Origin: Tubiluchus corallicola
Taxonomy: Eukaryota; Animalia; Priapulida
Assembly: GCA_030141605.1 (NCBI GenBank)
Contig: JAQGDQ010000762.1
Location: forward strand, 36,464 to 100,463
Length of the DNA: 64,000 bases
Direction of reading: 5' to 3'
The position numbers and the translations under genes are program-made. Under the pieces are notes generated by a model, which was given only the letters and a program-made list of their open reading frames with translations, ran no database searches and was not told the DNA's origin. Shown here one piece after another: positions 1 through 13,695 of this stretch; the first letter of the stretch is position 1; the number at the start of each line of letters is the position of its first letter.

Positions 1-1481
1 AAAGAGATACAAAAATGAAGAAGCAAAACAGATAAGTTTTAGAACACACAAAAATGCAGAATGAAATCGTTTAAAAATTTCATTTCTCGGCTCTCATTTA
101 CATTTATACTGCTCCTGCCAAATGCACTGACTATCTCTTTCCTCATCGTAAATAAAAAATTATACTTGAGGTACTCCATAAAGGTACAGAATATTGTTGA
201 TTTCCAATTTAATTTTGAGTATTTAGCCAATTTAAAAGAAAAACAGATAGTTATTTTTAATTTTAAGCAGTAATAATAAAGCTTTCATGAATTCATACGC
301 AATCGCATGAATCACGAGATTGTCCAGTGTCTAAATTTCTTCTTCTTTCATGCACCAATGTGCGTCCTTCATTTGTATATTACAGTAGGAGTAATGCATC
401 CAAACCTGAATATACAGTTATTTTTTTCATTCAGTTCTTAAGATCTTATATAAATGTGGCTTTAACTTTACTCTTGGTCAGTTTGTCTCTTTCAGTATGG
501 CAGAACATATGTCCTTTTGTTTTTTTATATGTTTCATATGTATGTCAGTTTAGAATGTCAGTTCACTGCGTGAGTTAGTGATTTACTTGAATGGCAGAAT
601 TCACGTAATAAATCCATGGGTAATAAATTCAGCCCTCTTACTGTAGCCAATGTGGCTAGAATGGAATTGTATAATGCTTTAACTAGTAAAATCTGCTGCT
701 CATTAATTCCAAACTTCGCTTTATAAATAAACCTTGTAACTGTGAAGACTACAAAATTGAGACATAAGTCCAGAGAAGTGACACAATGCAGCAGCATCAG
801 TTAAGCACAAGACAGATCTCACTCCGAGAAGAGATCTATTTAAGTTAAACTAAGTTTTTTAATTTTGTAAGCAGCTTATCACATATACAGGGTAATGGCA
901 TCATGGATAAACAATACATACTTTAAGCGAGTTGCTCTAATCATACGTATTGTACTATATTATTGTACTTCATTTAAAAACTTTTCGCAGGCAATTTACA
1001 GAGCTTTAATATGAGTACTGGCTTTTAAATAAACCATACACACTGCAATAATGTCGAAAAGTTTCTATGCTAGTTAAAAATGATCCCAGTAGATTTAGTG
1101 GGCAGATATTTAGTATTACTAACTTTCTGTAAAGTTGCTCGTCTCACTGTTTGTCTGTTGGCGTGATTTAATTTGTACTTGTTAATAAAATTGTTCTATT
1201 CATGTCTATACTATATAAAATTAATCTTGATATTTTTCCATTAAATAATAGCATTATTGTACAGGAACTGAATGAGCTTTGACACAGACTTTGGTTGACA
1301 GTTTTGGCTGGCGAGTTATTTTTCAATATTCAGCTTTAGTAACGATGACAGAGAACATTCATTTTGCTCCCTTGTCACCCTGTCTCCACAGAAGCATCTA
1401 AAACATCAAGTACCATGAATTACAAAAAATACGTTACTACATAAAACATGTTACAGCCCCGTTATAGTTACAATACTTCAC

Positions 1482-3022
1482 CTGGTCTATGTCTAGCCTT
1501 TGTACAGCTTTCTGTAAATATCTCACACCACCATGTATCAACTTTGTTGATCTGCTACTGGTTCCTGAAGAGAAATCGTGCTTTTCGACCAGAGCTGTTT
1601 TTAAACCTAGAAAAAATATTAATGAAATTTATGTTACCTGTTTTTGGTAACTCAGTAAGAAATTAGAAAAGCTAATTAGAAAACTATATTAGGGCATAAA
1701 TGAAAGCAATGCATAAAATCTGCCTAAGACCACTTCAAATATCTGCCGATCCAATTGCAATGAATTTGTTTTGTTAAACTAAAGCTAAAAAAGCCACAGT
1801 ACTTGCACTATAAAAGTTTTCACCTCGACTAACAGAATCGAGAGCTACTCCACATCCTGTAGCACCCCCACCAATGACGAGTATGTCAAACTCTTCAGTG
1901 CTTTGCAGAGAAGCCAGCTGCTCACTTCGAGTTGGTAAAGCATCTGTCAGTCTTTGATTAAGTGTATTATCCACAGCTAGCACCTTTTTGGGCTTCTGAG
2001 AATGAAAATTACATTCAAATTTGCTGCTAAGTATAAGGATGTCTAAAAAAATTTATACCTATAAACCAATCAAAGAATTAGATCATAAATGTTTCGATAT
2101 GAAAAACATCAATTAAAGGGCAAACAACAGGTGTTGAAAAATAGCTGCACACTATTTTAAGTCAGTCATTGATTTATCGAGTAATGAACAGTAACAGTCT
2201 CAGAGGTTCCCAAAGTTATAAATGATAACTTGGTGACAAATGATCAATACCAGAATATTAGTATTCGAGGTACAGTTAGCAGGTGTCATGTTTATTTAAC
2301 AGATCAGCAATATTAAAATGTATAAAAGTAGTTACAATCATTAAATAATTTAATGCTGGCTTTTCATAAACTTTATATTGTGTGTTCAACCTATGCCTGT
2401 CACAAAGCCATCTTCTCCTGTGTACAAGCTAGCCTGCTTGATGTTATAGTCTTGTAATATTTTGTGTGATCAATGTTAAGCATTATTAAACTGTGACAAT
2501 CAAAGCAGAAGCTGACAGTGTGAACAGCAACATTGCAGCCATTTTCAAATGTTGGTATTTTATGCTGGCCACAAATGTATCTGTCTGTTTTGTCTTTTTT
2601 TACATTACTTGTTTGCCAAATACTTACACAATAACAAATTTATGAAGATTTTTTTTCAAACAGTTAGCACAGTGCACCATAATAAACATAATGGTTTTAT
2701 TCAGTTTTTAACTTAATTTACTAAGATGTTTCAGTATGGCATTTCGATTTCATAAACTAAACCGTTATTTCGAAAATTAATGTTTTCTGTTCTGACGTAC
2801 ATCCATTTTCCAGTTTATTATTTGCTGTATTTTTTTTGTACTTATTAATTATTATTCGTTGCAAACAACATGTATAATATTGCACATAAGAAATGGTAAA
2901 GTCGTTATCTAATTTCTTACTTCAGAATTACTTTTTATGTACATAATTCCTGCAGAAGTCCCAGTAACAGCCAATGCTACACCAGCCACTCGCCTTATAA
3001 CTCGACGAGAAGCCATTTTCAT
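1482..3022 (-). CDS. GPD2: Mitochondrial glycerol-3-phosphate dehydrogenase, first three coding exons (gene continues beyond the left end)
   Basis: Exons 3022/3016-2921 ([34 protein letters not shown]), 1995-1824 ([10 protein letters not shown]...[23 protein letters not shown]) and 1606-1482 ([42 protein letters not shown]). All have GT-AG boundaries with consistent phases. The FAD-binding GxGxxG and the [18 protein letters not shown] signature of FAD-dependent G3PDH are present. Confidence 0.95.
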
Positions 3023-3685
3023 TGCTCCACAGCCTAAAAGTTAAAAACAATAAACAATGTTATAATTACAAATGTAATAGTAGCTCAAGTTCTTAATTTG
3101 TAGCCTTTTTGAAAAAGTTGATGCACCTACTGACAATTTTACCACCTTAGGCTTAAATAAAATTACATGAGCATATACAATAGTCATCACTTAATGTACT
3201 CACTTTGAGAATCTATGTTTTCGCTAGCACACAACCCAATGGCATGTATTAGCCTAAATGGCTGACAAAATGCATATGTCATTATGGTAACATGGCTGTA
3301 TCTTGCTAATGTGCAAAAGTACCAAAGTCTTAATGTGGGAATGAAGAATTTCACAGGACAGGACTGGTCCACTAATCCACCAAATTCATTTGGTTCATTT
3401 GGTTTTACATTTGCAAAAATGCAAGCTGATCAGTGACAGCGTGGTGCAATAATAGTAGAATAATCCATTCATAGGATGAAAGTGACAATTTATGCTACTG
3501 TTAATTTCAGTTTAAGTTCATTTCTTTGTCTCGCTGCACTTAGTCAGAGCAAAATGAGAAGCAACTAACAAAAAATGCTAAAATCAACTCAGCGACAGAC
3601 AAATTTACATCTGCGGGAAACTCATTTTTATTAATTTGATACAGCATGAAGAGCCTCATAATATTTTTAATGGATCAGATATTGA

Positions 3686-5190
3686 ATGCTTACTTCACTA
3701 CAGATATCTGAAGAAATAGTTGTTGATCATATTCGGAAGTTTAAACTCAATAAAGCTTGTCCTGGTCCTGAAAATTTTGGTTCTAGACTATTAATTGAAC
3801 TTGTAGACTCTTTATGTAAGCCATTCACTTTATTGTATAATCAAAATTTGCTAACTCATCAAGTACCTCATAGCTGGAAGTTAGCCAATGTAACACCTAT
3901 TTTTAAGAAAAGCATTCGTAGTGATCCTGGTACTTATCGGCCTATTTCTTTAAGTTCATTAGTACGTAAAGTCATGAAATCTATTTTGCAGAGTTATATC
4001 ATAGATCATTTGGAAAATAAAATTATTATTTGACTCAAAACATGGATTCACTAAAGGCTGTTCTTGCTTGACCAATCTGATGTTTTTTCGAAGATGTCAC
4101 TGCTATGCACGATCAAGGAAGTCCTGTTTATTATGATTTCGCCAAGGCTTTTGATAACTGCTTATCGAAGACTGCCTAAAAAGATTAAAGCCAATGGTGT
4201 TTCAGGAGATATCATCAGCCGGATTGAAGATTGTTTGGAAGAAAACAACGTGTCGTATTTGATGGTATGGAATATTCTGAAAGGTTGGCGACAAGTGGTA
4301 TTCCACAGAGATCGGTACTCGGACCGGTGTTGTTCGCCATTTTCATTAATGATATAGATAATGACATTTCCACTCATATTTTAAAATTTGCAGATGGTAC
4401 AAAATTGTATAACCCAATTAACTCTGTTGCGGATTCATCAGTTTTACAGCATGATAATGAACAACTATGTAGGTGGAGTATTGATTGGCAAATGTTTTAT
4501 TTAATGTTAATAAATGTGAGGTAATGCATTGCGGTTTTGGGTCTCTTAAATGTGATTATGTTATGAATGGAACAACTCTTCAAAGTACGAATAGTAAAAA
4601 TGATCTTGGTGTAATAATAACATCAGACTTGAAATTTTCCCAGCAATGTGTATCCTCTGTTAAGAAAGCAAACAAGATTTTGGGGATGATAAAGCGGCAC
4701 ATCGTTTCTGGATTAAAGAAATTGTATTGAAATTATATATTGGTTTGGTTAGACCTCATCTAGAATACTGTGTGCAGCTTTGGAATCCCCATTATCAGCA
4801 AGATATATTGCTTATGGAAAGTGTACAAAAGCGTACTACAAGAATAATATTAGGTTGTAAAATCTGACATATTTGGAAAGAATAAAATATTGCAGTTTGA
4901 CCACGCTTTAATTAAGAAAACACCGTGGAGATCTTATTAAAGTTTATAAAATATTAACTAGAAAAGAAAACATTTTGCCCGAAAAATTCTTTAATTTAGT
5001 TATTGATTCTAAAACTAGAGGACATAATGTAAAACTGTTTAAAAACAGGTCTTGACAGTCGTAAATATTCATTTTCTGTGAGAGTTGTGAATGAATGAAA
5101 TAATCTGCCTGCCATGGTGATTGCCGCACCAACCACAGTAAAATTTAAATCCTTAATCGTCAATTATTTTGCGGAAAAGATGGGGTTTCT
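3686..5190 (+). mobile_element. Decayed CR1/L2-type non-LTR retrotransposon, reverse transcriptase and 3' region
   Basis: Frameshifted ORF pieces carry LINE RT motifs: WKLANVTPIFKK, YRPISLSS, SGIPQRSVLGPVLF, KFADGTKL, DLGVIITSDLKFSQQC, and LVRPHLEYCVQLWNP (read near 4745-4790). Confidence 0.9.
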
Positions 5191-5689
5191 ATGAGTGTAC
5201 TCGCTTAACCCCAAATCATGACAGTATACCTAAATAAACCTGTTAGCGGCCATCATAAATAATGACGTCACTAAACGAGATTCGGAATATCAGAGTGCAC
5301 CAATGTAATGCGTGCCTTTACTGTGCGCACATCGCTCACAAAATGACAAAGATTGACAAAGGATGATTTATTTATGTTGAATATTGTAATAGATCGTGGC
5401 GCTAACGATACGATCCGGAAGATAGTATCTATGTGTTATTCCTTGTACGGTGGATAGTGTCAGGTTTGCTCAAAAACCCAAGCGTCTTGCTGCCATTGTA
5501 GGAGTCTAGGATCAGTATATTTCTCCATATATTACTGCTTTCTACATTTTGTAGAAATAACTCGGAATTGAATGAAACGTGCCCCATCCGATTTAAGTGC
5601 AGCTAAGCAAAAACAGTTTTTATATTCATTTTGAAGGTATATTTTTCCACTTTATAAGTCTAAAAATTACACTAATATGACGAAGCACT

Positions 5690-6200
5690 TACCGCCGGCG
5701 CCGCCAATGCATTTTCGTGTATCTAAATGATTTTGGAATCTGGGGGCCTAAAATGAAATCTAAATTCTGGTACAGACCTTCCTCAAACATGAAAAATGCA
5801 TATATAAGCCTATTTGAGGCACATTTTTCTATAGGTGATCGGTAATTTAAGTTAAAATATCGCCCATGAGTCATAACTAAAATTTTGTTGCCGTAGAAGT
5901 TTATCAAAACTCGCGCAATCTTCTTTTTTTCAGGTGTTTAATTACCAAAAAATTATGGCGAATTAACTTGGAGTCGTAAACTGGATGAAAGTTCCCCAGT
6001 TTAGGGTCTATTTACACGGTACATTTTGTGACTTGTAAGCTTTAATTGCGATTTATGACTCAAGTGTTCGACGCATGGACAAGACGCATGTAGTAATTTC
6101 TTGCGACATCGCAAGCAGGACCCAAGAACCAATCAGATAAATGAGACAGGTCACGTGTGTTCTTCTAATAAAACGAATAGAACAGAGATATCAGGACGGC
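5690..6200. promoter_or_regulatory. Putative divergent promoter / 5'-UTR region between GPD2 (-) and the zinc-finger gene (+)
   Basis: CpG-richer patch (ccgccggcgccgcc) beside a minus-strand donor-like site (cttac, about 5688-5692). The GPD2 ATG exon is preceded by an acceptor, which implies an upstream non-coding exon. Inference only. Confidence 0.35.
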
Positions 6201-6714
6201 ATCCCCTGTAGACTTGCGGCAACAGTGGCATTGATTAATCAGCATCTGACAATGTGGGATTTAACTTCATTAATTGTTTAAGTTTTCTTTTTTTATATAA
6301 ATCATTCAATAAAATTTCGGTTATGAAAACACCATTATGATTTAAACTCAGCATATAAATCGTAATTTAAATAATTAACGATGGTTTTTACTGATACTAA
6401 TTTTCATTTACAGGATACCAGTTTAACAATAAGAGTAGTGATTATTCAGAAACTGATTTCTACTTCGTGAATTAATAAATTATGTAGCTTGCTAAGACAG
6501 TTTCGATTTCTTTTATAAAATTTAAGTGCTCTGTACATGTAAATACTATCTTGCCAGTCTATCTGCAAATATGCTACACATCGTAAGAAACACTAGCTAG
6601 TTAGGCAGAAGGAAAATAAAAACCTAAATTGGAGACAACAAAAGCTGATGTAAACACTATAAGAGAAAAGAATCAAAAAGTAATCAAAATCCTCTTATCA
6701 ATTAGATGACTACT

Positions 6715-7082
6715 GGCCGTTGCCCTTGTTGATTTAATAATAATTGAAAACATCAGCCGTTGAAAAATTTATTATACATCTGATAAAATAAAACAATCTT
6801 ATTCTGAGCTAGTAGAATGGCCAATATTAAATTTGGCTTCGTTATTAATCTTTTTTGAGGTGAAATAAGCCAGCTGTTTAGGCGATTCCAACATTTGCTT
6901 AATGTGTATCATTTTTTATTTTGTCTCGCTTCACAGACGGGTGATCAGTTTCACTACTTCTTGGACAAATAATTGTTTTCTACTAAGTAAATAGGCTCGC
7001 GAGCTAGTGCCCTACGTAGTTTCTCTGTTTAAAGATTAAATACTTAGTTTAATGCTATCTATATATTAATTCTACTGGTATG

Positions 7083-7126
<44 letters not shown>

Positions 7127-7470
7127 CATACGGGTGATCAGTTTATATATATATATATATATATAAGATTCGAGGCTACAGCTCCGACGACGGCATCATT
7201 TGCGGCGATCTATACATCAAACGAAAGGACTCGATCTACTGATGACATTATTGTAAAAAATACATTTGTAAATTGTCAAGAATTATCCACCATTATTATA
7301 AAGTTGCTTTTTTTCTAAAACAAATTTTGTTTTGTTTTATTATGTCATAATTCTTGAAATCGACAAAAATCGCCAGTGCCCTACTTGGCTGCCCATGAAG
7401 TCACTGCTTTTCCGTAAATTTAGCACATGCGCTTTAGCGGAAGTGTCCACTTGGGCTAGTGGCGTACTCC
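6715..7470. mobile_element. Older degraded copy of the CACTA-like element at 7521-8469, interrupted by a (TA)n microsatellite
   Basis: 6715-6992 aligns by eye with 7663-7943, and 7240-7405 aligns with 8215-8410 (shared cgacaaaaatcg..agtg.cctacttgg.ctgcccatg). Confidence 0.65.
7084..7165. repeat. (TA)n microsatellite, two runs
   Basis: Visible runs of tatatata at about 7084-7123 and 7144-7165. Confidence 0.95.
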
Positions 7471-7520
7471 GCGCTCTACAGCCTATAAATATGGACAATC
7501 GACTAATCTAGCAAAATGAC

Positions 7521-8469
7521 CACTGTGTTGGGAGCCGTTTGGACCACTGCGCCAAGTAGACCAATTGGTCTACTTGGGCTAGCCCAAGTAGACCGCGGTC
7601 TACTTGGGCGTGTAGGACACTAGAGACAGGTCGTGAATTCAGTCGTTAAGTGTACTGACACCGTCCGTTGTGCTTGTTTATGTAATAATAATAATTAAAA
7701 ACGTTAATACACGTTGAATAATTTATTATACATCTAATAAAATAAAAGAATTTTATTCTGAGCTGGTAGAACGGACAATATTAAATTTGGTTTCGATATT
7801 AATGTTGTTGAAGTGAAAAAACCCCACTTTTTTGCGAATTCAACATTTGTTTAAGGTATATCATTTTTGATTTTGTCTCACTTCACAAACAGGTGATCCG
7901 ATTCACTACCTCTTGGGCAAATAATTGTTTTCTTATAAGTAAACGTTCTAGCGATCTATATGTCCTACATGGGCTAGCGAGCCATGTAGGACAGTGCCCT
8001 ACATGTTACAATACTACTGATAATATTAAAACTAATTATCCTTGCTTTTCTTAAATGTTAAAAATTACTTTTTGATGTTGTGAAGGCTTAGCAGCAGCTA
8101 TCTCATTTTTAAATTTGCAATTATTTCTGTAATAACTGTGTGCAGAATTTCTCTCTTTAAAGCATTAGATACTAGGTTTAATGTTATGATATATTAATGG
8201 AGTTAATCATAATGATGAAATTATTGTAAGAAATGCATTTGTAAATTGCCAAGGAATATCCATTTCTAAAAGAAATTTTGTTTTATGCTTTATTATGTCA
8301 TAACAATACTTATAAACAATGGTAATATAAACTGGAAACAAGTTTTGCCAGAGCAAGTTTCTCGACAAAAATCGTTAGTGTCCTACTTGGGCTGCCCATG
8401 TAGGACACTACTTTTAGCGCATCAAGTGGTCTACTTGGCGCAGTGGTCCAAACGGCTCCCAACACACTG
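7521..8469. mobile_element. Non-autonomous DNA transposon with 42-bp terminal inverted repeats starting CACTG (CACTA/EnSpm-like)
   Basis: 7521-7562 (cactgtgttgggagccgtttggaccactgcgccaagtagacc) is the reverse complement of 8428-8469 with one mismatch. Subterminal ctac(t/a)tggg motifs occur in both orientations. No clear target-site duplication. Confidence 0.75.
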
Positions 8470-8857
8470 ATAAGTTTATAACTTCCGTGGTGTGATGCAG
8501 AATCTAACTTCAGAGTGTTTTTCAAACTTACCGCCGTTTTATTCTTCGTGAGAATTTTTAGCTATAATAAATGCACAGTGGTTTGGTCTGTTGATTGCAA
8601 TAGGTATATCTAGTTGGACGTACTAGTTAAGACTTTTCGTGATGTAACAGCTATGTTCGTTATTCGTAATTAGCCCAATTCCACTGTGCCCGTGCATTTT
8701 TGTTTGCTTTTTGTTTTCGCCATTATCGACTACCAAATGCATACTACTTCTAATTAAGTGTGAAATAGCATCCATCCAGCACTTCAGATCAGTTATAGAC
8801 ATTGAGTGAAAATTGAAGTGTGACCTCAAGAATTCCCAGTAGAACTAGTCAATAAAA

Positions 8858-10204
8858 ATGATGTGCACAGTTTCAATGTATTATAAATGTACTGCATGTT
8901 CTGAATGTTTTATGAATGAGGATACTTTCTTTGCCCACACACGTACTTGGCATTGTAAAATTCTCTTGTGTCAGGGACAAAATCCAAGTGAAGAGGATTT
9001 AATGTGCAGTTATCTTTCTGTGGAAGCTAACACAAATTCTGAACAGACTCAGACAGCATGGCAACCCGGGCAATCATGCTGTGGTAAAAAGCTGGAAGAA
9101 AAAAGAGCTATTTCGGGACAGGATTTAGCTACCATATGCTGTGTTGCTGTGAAAGAGGAGCCAGATTCGTCATTTAACACAGACAGCAGTAATAAAGATT
9201 TGGACCAATTTGGCATTTCTGCCATTACAGAACAGTCAACGTGGATGCAAGGAAACGTATCTGATGTGAATACAGAAATACAAAATCATGTTGTTGCTTC
9301 AGCTAATGTTGATAACAGCTGGTCTTGTAGAGATGTCACAGCAGTGTCAGATGATGCACTATTTTCAAGTGGTATTAATATGGAAATTGTAAGTTCTCTT
9401 AATAACTTGGAAAAGATACATGCTAATTTTGCAAAATTCCAAAGTGAAGATGATGAGATTTCAAAAACAACCAGTAGTTTGATAAGTGAGTGCACTGAAA
9501 AGCCAATCTGTTCTACTAAATGTTTTGAAACCAATTATGTGACATCTAATATTAGGCCTAACCTAAAGCAAATTTCACATGCTTTTAATAAAAAACCCAA
9601 AATTTACAAATGTGATGAGTGTGGGAAAGAATTCTTTCAAAATTCTCGTTACTGGCAGCATGTTCGTGAGCACAAAGGACTAATTACCAGAGTTCATAAA
9701 TGTAATGAATGTGGCACCATGTTCACAGATGCTGTGGAACTCTCTTTTCATCAGAAGCTCCACGGGAGATCTTTTAAGCTTAATGTCTGCAATGTCTGCG
9801 GTAGTGGATTTTACTCAACTGATGAGCTGGTGAAGCATATTATGACACATACAGTACCAAGTCATCTGCCTGTATTAGCCAAAAAAACATCAGAAGAGAC
9901 CATTTATGAGCCATCTTACAGAGCTAGGAGGAACAAAGTTAAACGCCACAGTCTTTCTCCCTATGAATGTGGCATTTGTCAACTAACATTTTGTCATCCT
10001 AGAAAGTTAGTGGCTCATTTTAGGTATCACAGTTCAAGTTCATATAAATGTGAAAAGTGTTTGGTTGCGTTTCAAACTATGGCTGAGTTAATACGGCATA
10101 ATAAAATTCATACTGGTGACAAACGGTACAAGTGTGATGTCTGTGGCGCAGCATTCGTGCAGTCTGGAAACCTACTTCTTCACAAAAGAAAGCACGTCAG
10201 ATAA
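8858..10204 (+). CDS. C2H2 zinc-finger protein (448 aa, single ORF)
   Basis: One N-terminal C2H2-like finger (CTACSECF...HTRTWH), an acidic/Ser-rich spacer with a VKEE SUMO-type motif, then six C2H2 fingers in two groups of three, including an HTGDKRYKC linker. Confidence 0.92.
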   Translation: MMCTVSMYYKCTACSECFMNEDTFFAHTRTWHCKILLCQGQNPSEEDLMCSYLSVEANTNSEQTQTAWQPGQSCCGKKLEEKRAISGQDLATICCVAVKEEPDSSFNTDSSNKDLDQFGISAITEQSTWMQGNVSDVNTEIQNHVVASANVDNSWSCRDVTAVSDDALFSSGINMEIVSSLNNLEKIHANFAKFQSEDDEISKTTSSLISECTEKPICSTKCFETNYVTSNIRPNLKQISHAFNKKPKIYKCDECGKEFFQNSRYWQHVREHKGLITRVHKCNECGTMFTDAVELSFHQKLHGRSFKLNVCNVCGSGFYSTDELVKHIMTHTVPSHLPVLAKKTSEETIYEPSYRARRNKVKRHSLSPYECGICQLTFCHPRKLVAHFRYHSSSSYKCEKCLVAFQTMAELIRHNKIHTGDKRYKCDVCGAAFVQSGNLLLHKRKHVR

Positions 10205-13200
10205 TGACATACTGAGTTTAAAGCACAAGAAAATCCTCTACTTACATAAAGCTTAAAAAATTCATCTTGAAATTTTTACCACTTACATACTGCCTTTTTG
10301 CATATTAGACTTGCATGGGCAGTAATGCTGTAAAAAACTTGTAAATTTAAACTCCCGCGATGACCGTTAGATGCAGCCATTTTGACGATAAGTCATTTGA
10401 AACAAGTTTAGATAACACTGAGTAAAGTTTTAAAAAATAATTAGAGCATTCATAGCACACACGTTACTAACTAAGTAATATTTAAATTACTGTATCTTCT
10501 CAATAAGATTAAAAAATCCTTTTCTTGGTTAGAGAGTGGTGCACCCTGGAGGGTGAGTCAGCAACATTTTAAATAATTAATAATTTTCTTTTCTAGTTGC
10601 ATAACTCTTTCAAGCAGGTAAATGAAATGCTAAGTAATATAACTTTGCATGGAAAGTTTTTTGGGACGTATTTTAATACTTCCTTTTCTTCCTCTCACTT
10701 ACATTGTGCGTATATGACGTCATGTACTGGCACAGTCGGTACAGTGTCGTGGGAAATTTAAAATGAAAACAAACAAAAAATCCTTTCAGCACGAGCACGT
10801 TATAAGCATTAAATTGCTATAAAATAATATAATTTTTAAAGCGATTTTTCTGAAACTTTAGGTACCCCTTGTCCTTTAAGAAAAAGATTCATCATTGAAT
10901 CATTTTCTGCATTTTTTCTGAAAGAAGTTCAGCATAAATAGCCAGTCTAAGCATTATGCCAGTGTGGACTTCAGGTTAGGCTTCATAAATCTGTTGTTCA
11001 CAGACTGCAAATAATTAAATTACAAAAAATTGCATTTCAATGTTCTAGTCAAATACTAAGTATACCGTTTCCAAAACTGGACTTCGGTACGTATCTGTTT
11101 TCTGTTACTGTATGTTGCAGGTTATTCTTTGCACTAAACTACACCAAATTTTAGGTGATTAATAGAAGACCTGGTTTGACTATGTGTTTAAACATCTCTC
11201 ACGTTGTATATTAAACTTCTTATTTAAGTGAACAAAACTAGCATTTATAGTGAGTAATTGTTGTTCAGTGTTTAGTCTACTGTCTAGTTTACATAATTTG
11301 TGATATTGCATTATTCGGCATTTTGTGAAGTTTGAAATTAGCTGTATATATGTGGTTCAGTATTCATCAATTATAAATGTAGTTATTGGTGAGCCTGTAT
11401 TTTTAATCCTATGTAATTTGGTAGAAACTGAATACATATCAGAAAAGTGCTTGTGAACAAACTTCATCTCGGTTATTGAACCCGAAGTTCTTTCCAATTC
11501 TAAATACTGTTCCCGAACGGTCAATCCCATCCCATCCCAACCCTAAACTTTAGAAGTTTATATGGTATTTGAATTTTTAAATGTATATACTTCGGGATTT
11601 TGAGGTGTACCAAGAAAAATTAGCCATTTACCAAGTTATTCGTCGCTTACATTTCGAGATAACGTATTTAACATGGAGATTTTGTTAACCACACCTGTAC
11701 CACATGATTGTCAACTGTAAGCTATTTCTTGAAACACCTTGTAAAAACACACGATTACCTAATTGCAGCACATTAAGTATAAGCTTCTTAGTCCCCAAAA
11801 TTGTTACATATTAATTTTAATGTTAAGGATCTGTACAAAGCATTTATTATAAATATTTGTTTCAATCTATTTATCAGTTGTGCTTGCTTTTAATAATTTA
11901 AATAATTTTTTTATTTTTTTAAATTGATTGATTGTACAGACTTCTGCTAGTATGATTAGTTTATTCTGGTGCGGTGGGATTTTCCTAAATATCAGAACTT
12001 TTATACAAAGGTTTATAAAAGAATGACACATTTTATGCACATTATTTTGTATGGTTCTTGTCGCACTAGTAAAAATAACTTTCCCATCTAAAATCCATCT
12101 AAACACCTTAGCATTACCATTACATCAACAAGGAAGACACTTATTGTTATTCTGTTATTATTATTGTTGTTGACAACTGTTTTATATCATTCACAGAATC
12201 ACCGGGTATTCGTAGCTGGCATTCAGTCAGGCAGTGTGTATGGGTGCAGAGGTGCACCTGCTCATAGACAAATTTTTTTCCTCTAAAATGCTAGACACTT
12301 ATATTTTGCTGTTTTTATCTCCATTTAGTAATAATTATATATATGGTTCAAGATGTGGAACCCCATTCTGGAACTTCTGGTCCCGACCCGGAACCCCGAA
12401 AAATTCCGACCTGAAGCGCAGTTAGCATCCCAAAACCTGATCCTGTCGCGAACTTCAAACACTCCTAATTGAGACTTGAAACTACTGTACCTTTTATTTT
12501 GATAATGAAAGAAAATCCTAATTTGGAAGAAAAGCCAACATATGTCAAACAGAGTGTAAAGATATCCTAAAGCCTACCTCAATTTAAAGTAATAATGAAT
12601 TTAATAAAATTCTAAAGATGTTCATGAGAATTTTAGAAGAAAATAAATTTAATATGCATCTTTGTATTAATTTGTACCAACAATTGTTTGTGTGCAGTCT
12701 TTTCATCTGTTGTTTTATTGAAAACATGCTTACCACACACATGCACACATACCAAACTACACATACAAGAATTATTGACTGGTATAGACAATAGCTAGCT
12801 AGGATGGAGATTTCTGTAAAGTGATTCTTCTCACAATACACTGCACAAAAAATTTGCAAACTGAAAACCAATAAAAAAGTTTGCTTTCATCACTTGTACC
12901 ACATTGCAATGCAATGTATGGTTTCACTTAGTTGTTATGGACAGTAGTGTCACAGCAGTACACTAGTATGTGAGAAGTCAAACTATGCAATGTTTAAATA
13001 TTGATAAAAATTAGAGAAATTGTTGTTATAATGCTAGCAATTTAACTAAAGAAGTTATCTTAAAAATGCTATGCACAACTTAATAAATTTCTATTAGGAA
13101 GTATAATGCCTGGGTTGGTCATAAACTTAAGCATGGCTTTAGTTTGTAACACATGTTGTAGTGTGGGTCGTACAAGACTTATCTAGTTTTTTCAGTTTAT

Positions 13201-13695
13201 GTTTTGTCAGTAAACGTAATACTGTATCATGTTATATCATGATATAGACCAGAGCAAGCTGTAACTGCAACTGTCAATCAGCCACTGGTAGACCATGATA
13301 TGGCAATACATACTTGACTTTGTTGCTATGCTAATATCTGCTAGCAGCTGGTAGTAAACTTCACCGTTATTATGTCATTTATGTGAAGCAGTTACATTGC
13401 AGTTCACACAATAGACAGCAGGTTGGCACAAACAGGAGTCCTGCATTTAAAAGGAAAGGAATAATAGTGGGGCTTGAAAACAAATTTCTAGAACACGTGG
13501 AACAGTTGGTTATTGCTTTATATCTGAGTTGGTGTATATCTGAGACTATACTTTAAAATAAATGTGACACTTTTTTAAACTGCAGACAAGAGCTGAAAAG
13601 TACTGGTAATTAAATACAGATAAATTTTAGTGAATTTATAGTCGATATTGCATTAGCAGGTGTGTAATTCATCAAACGTTCGCAAAAAAATAAGA

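Noticed and set aside
39-800. Short ORFs near the left end as further GPD2 exons
   Set aside because: The translations lack the expected next GPD2 motif (EALxERxxLxxxAPHL) and clear splice sites, so they are treated as intronic chance ORFs.
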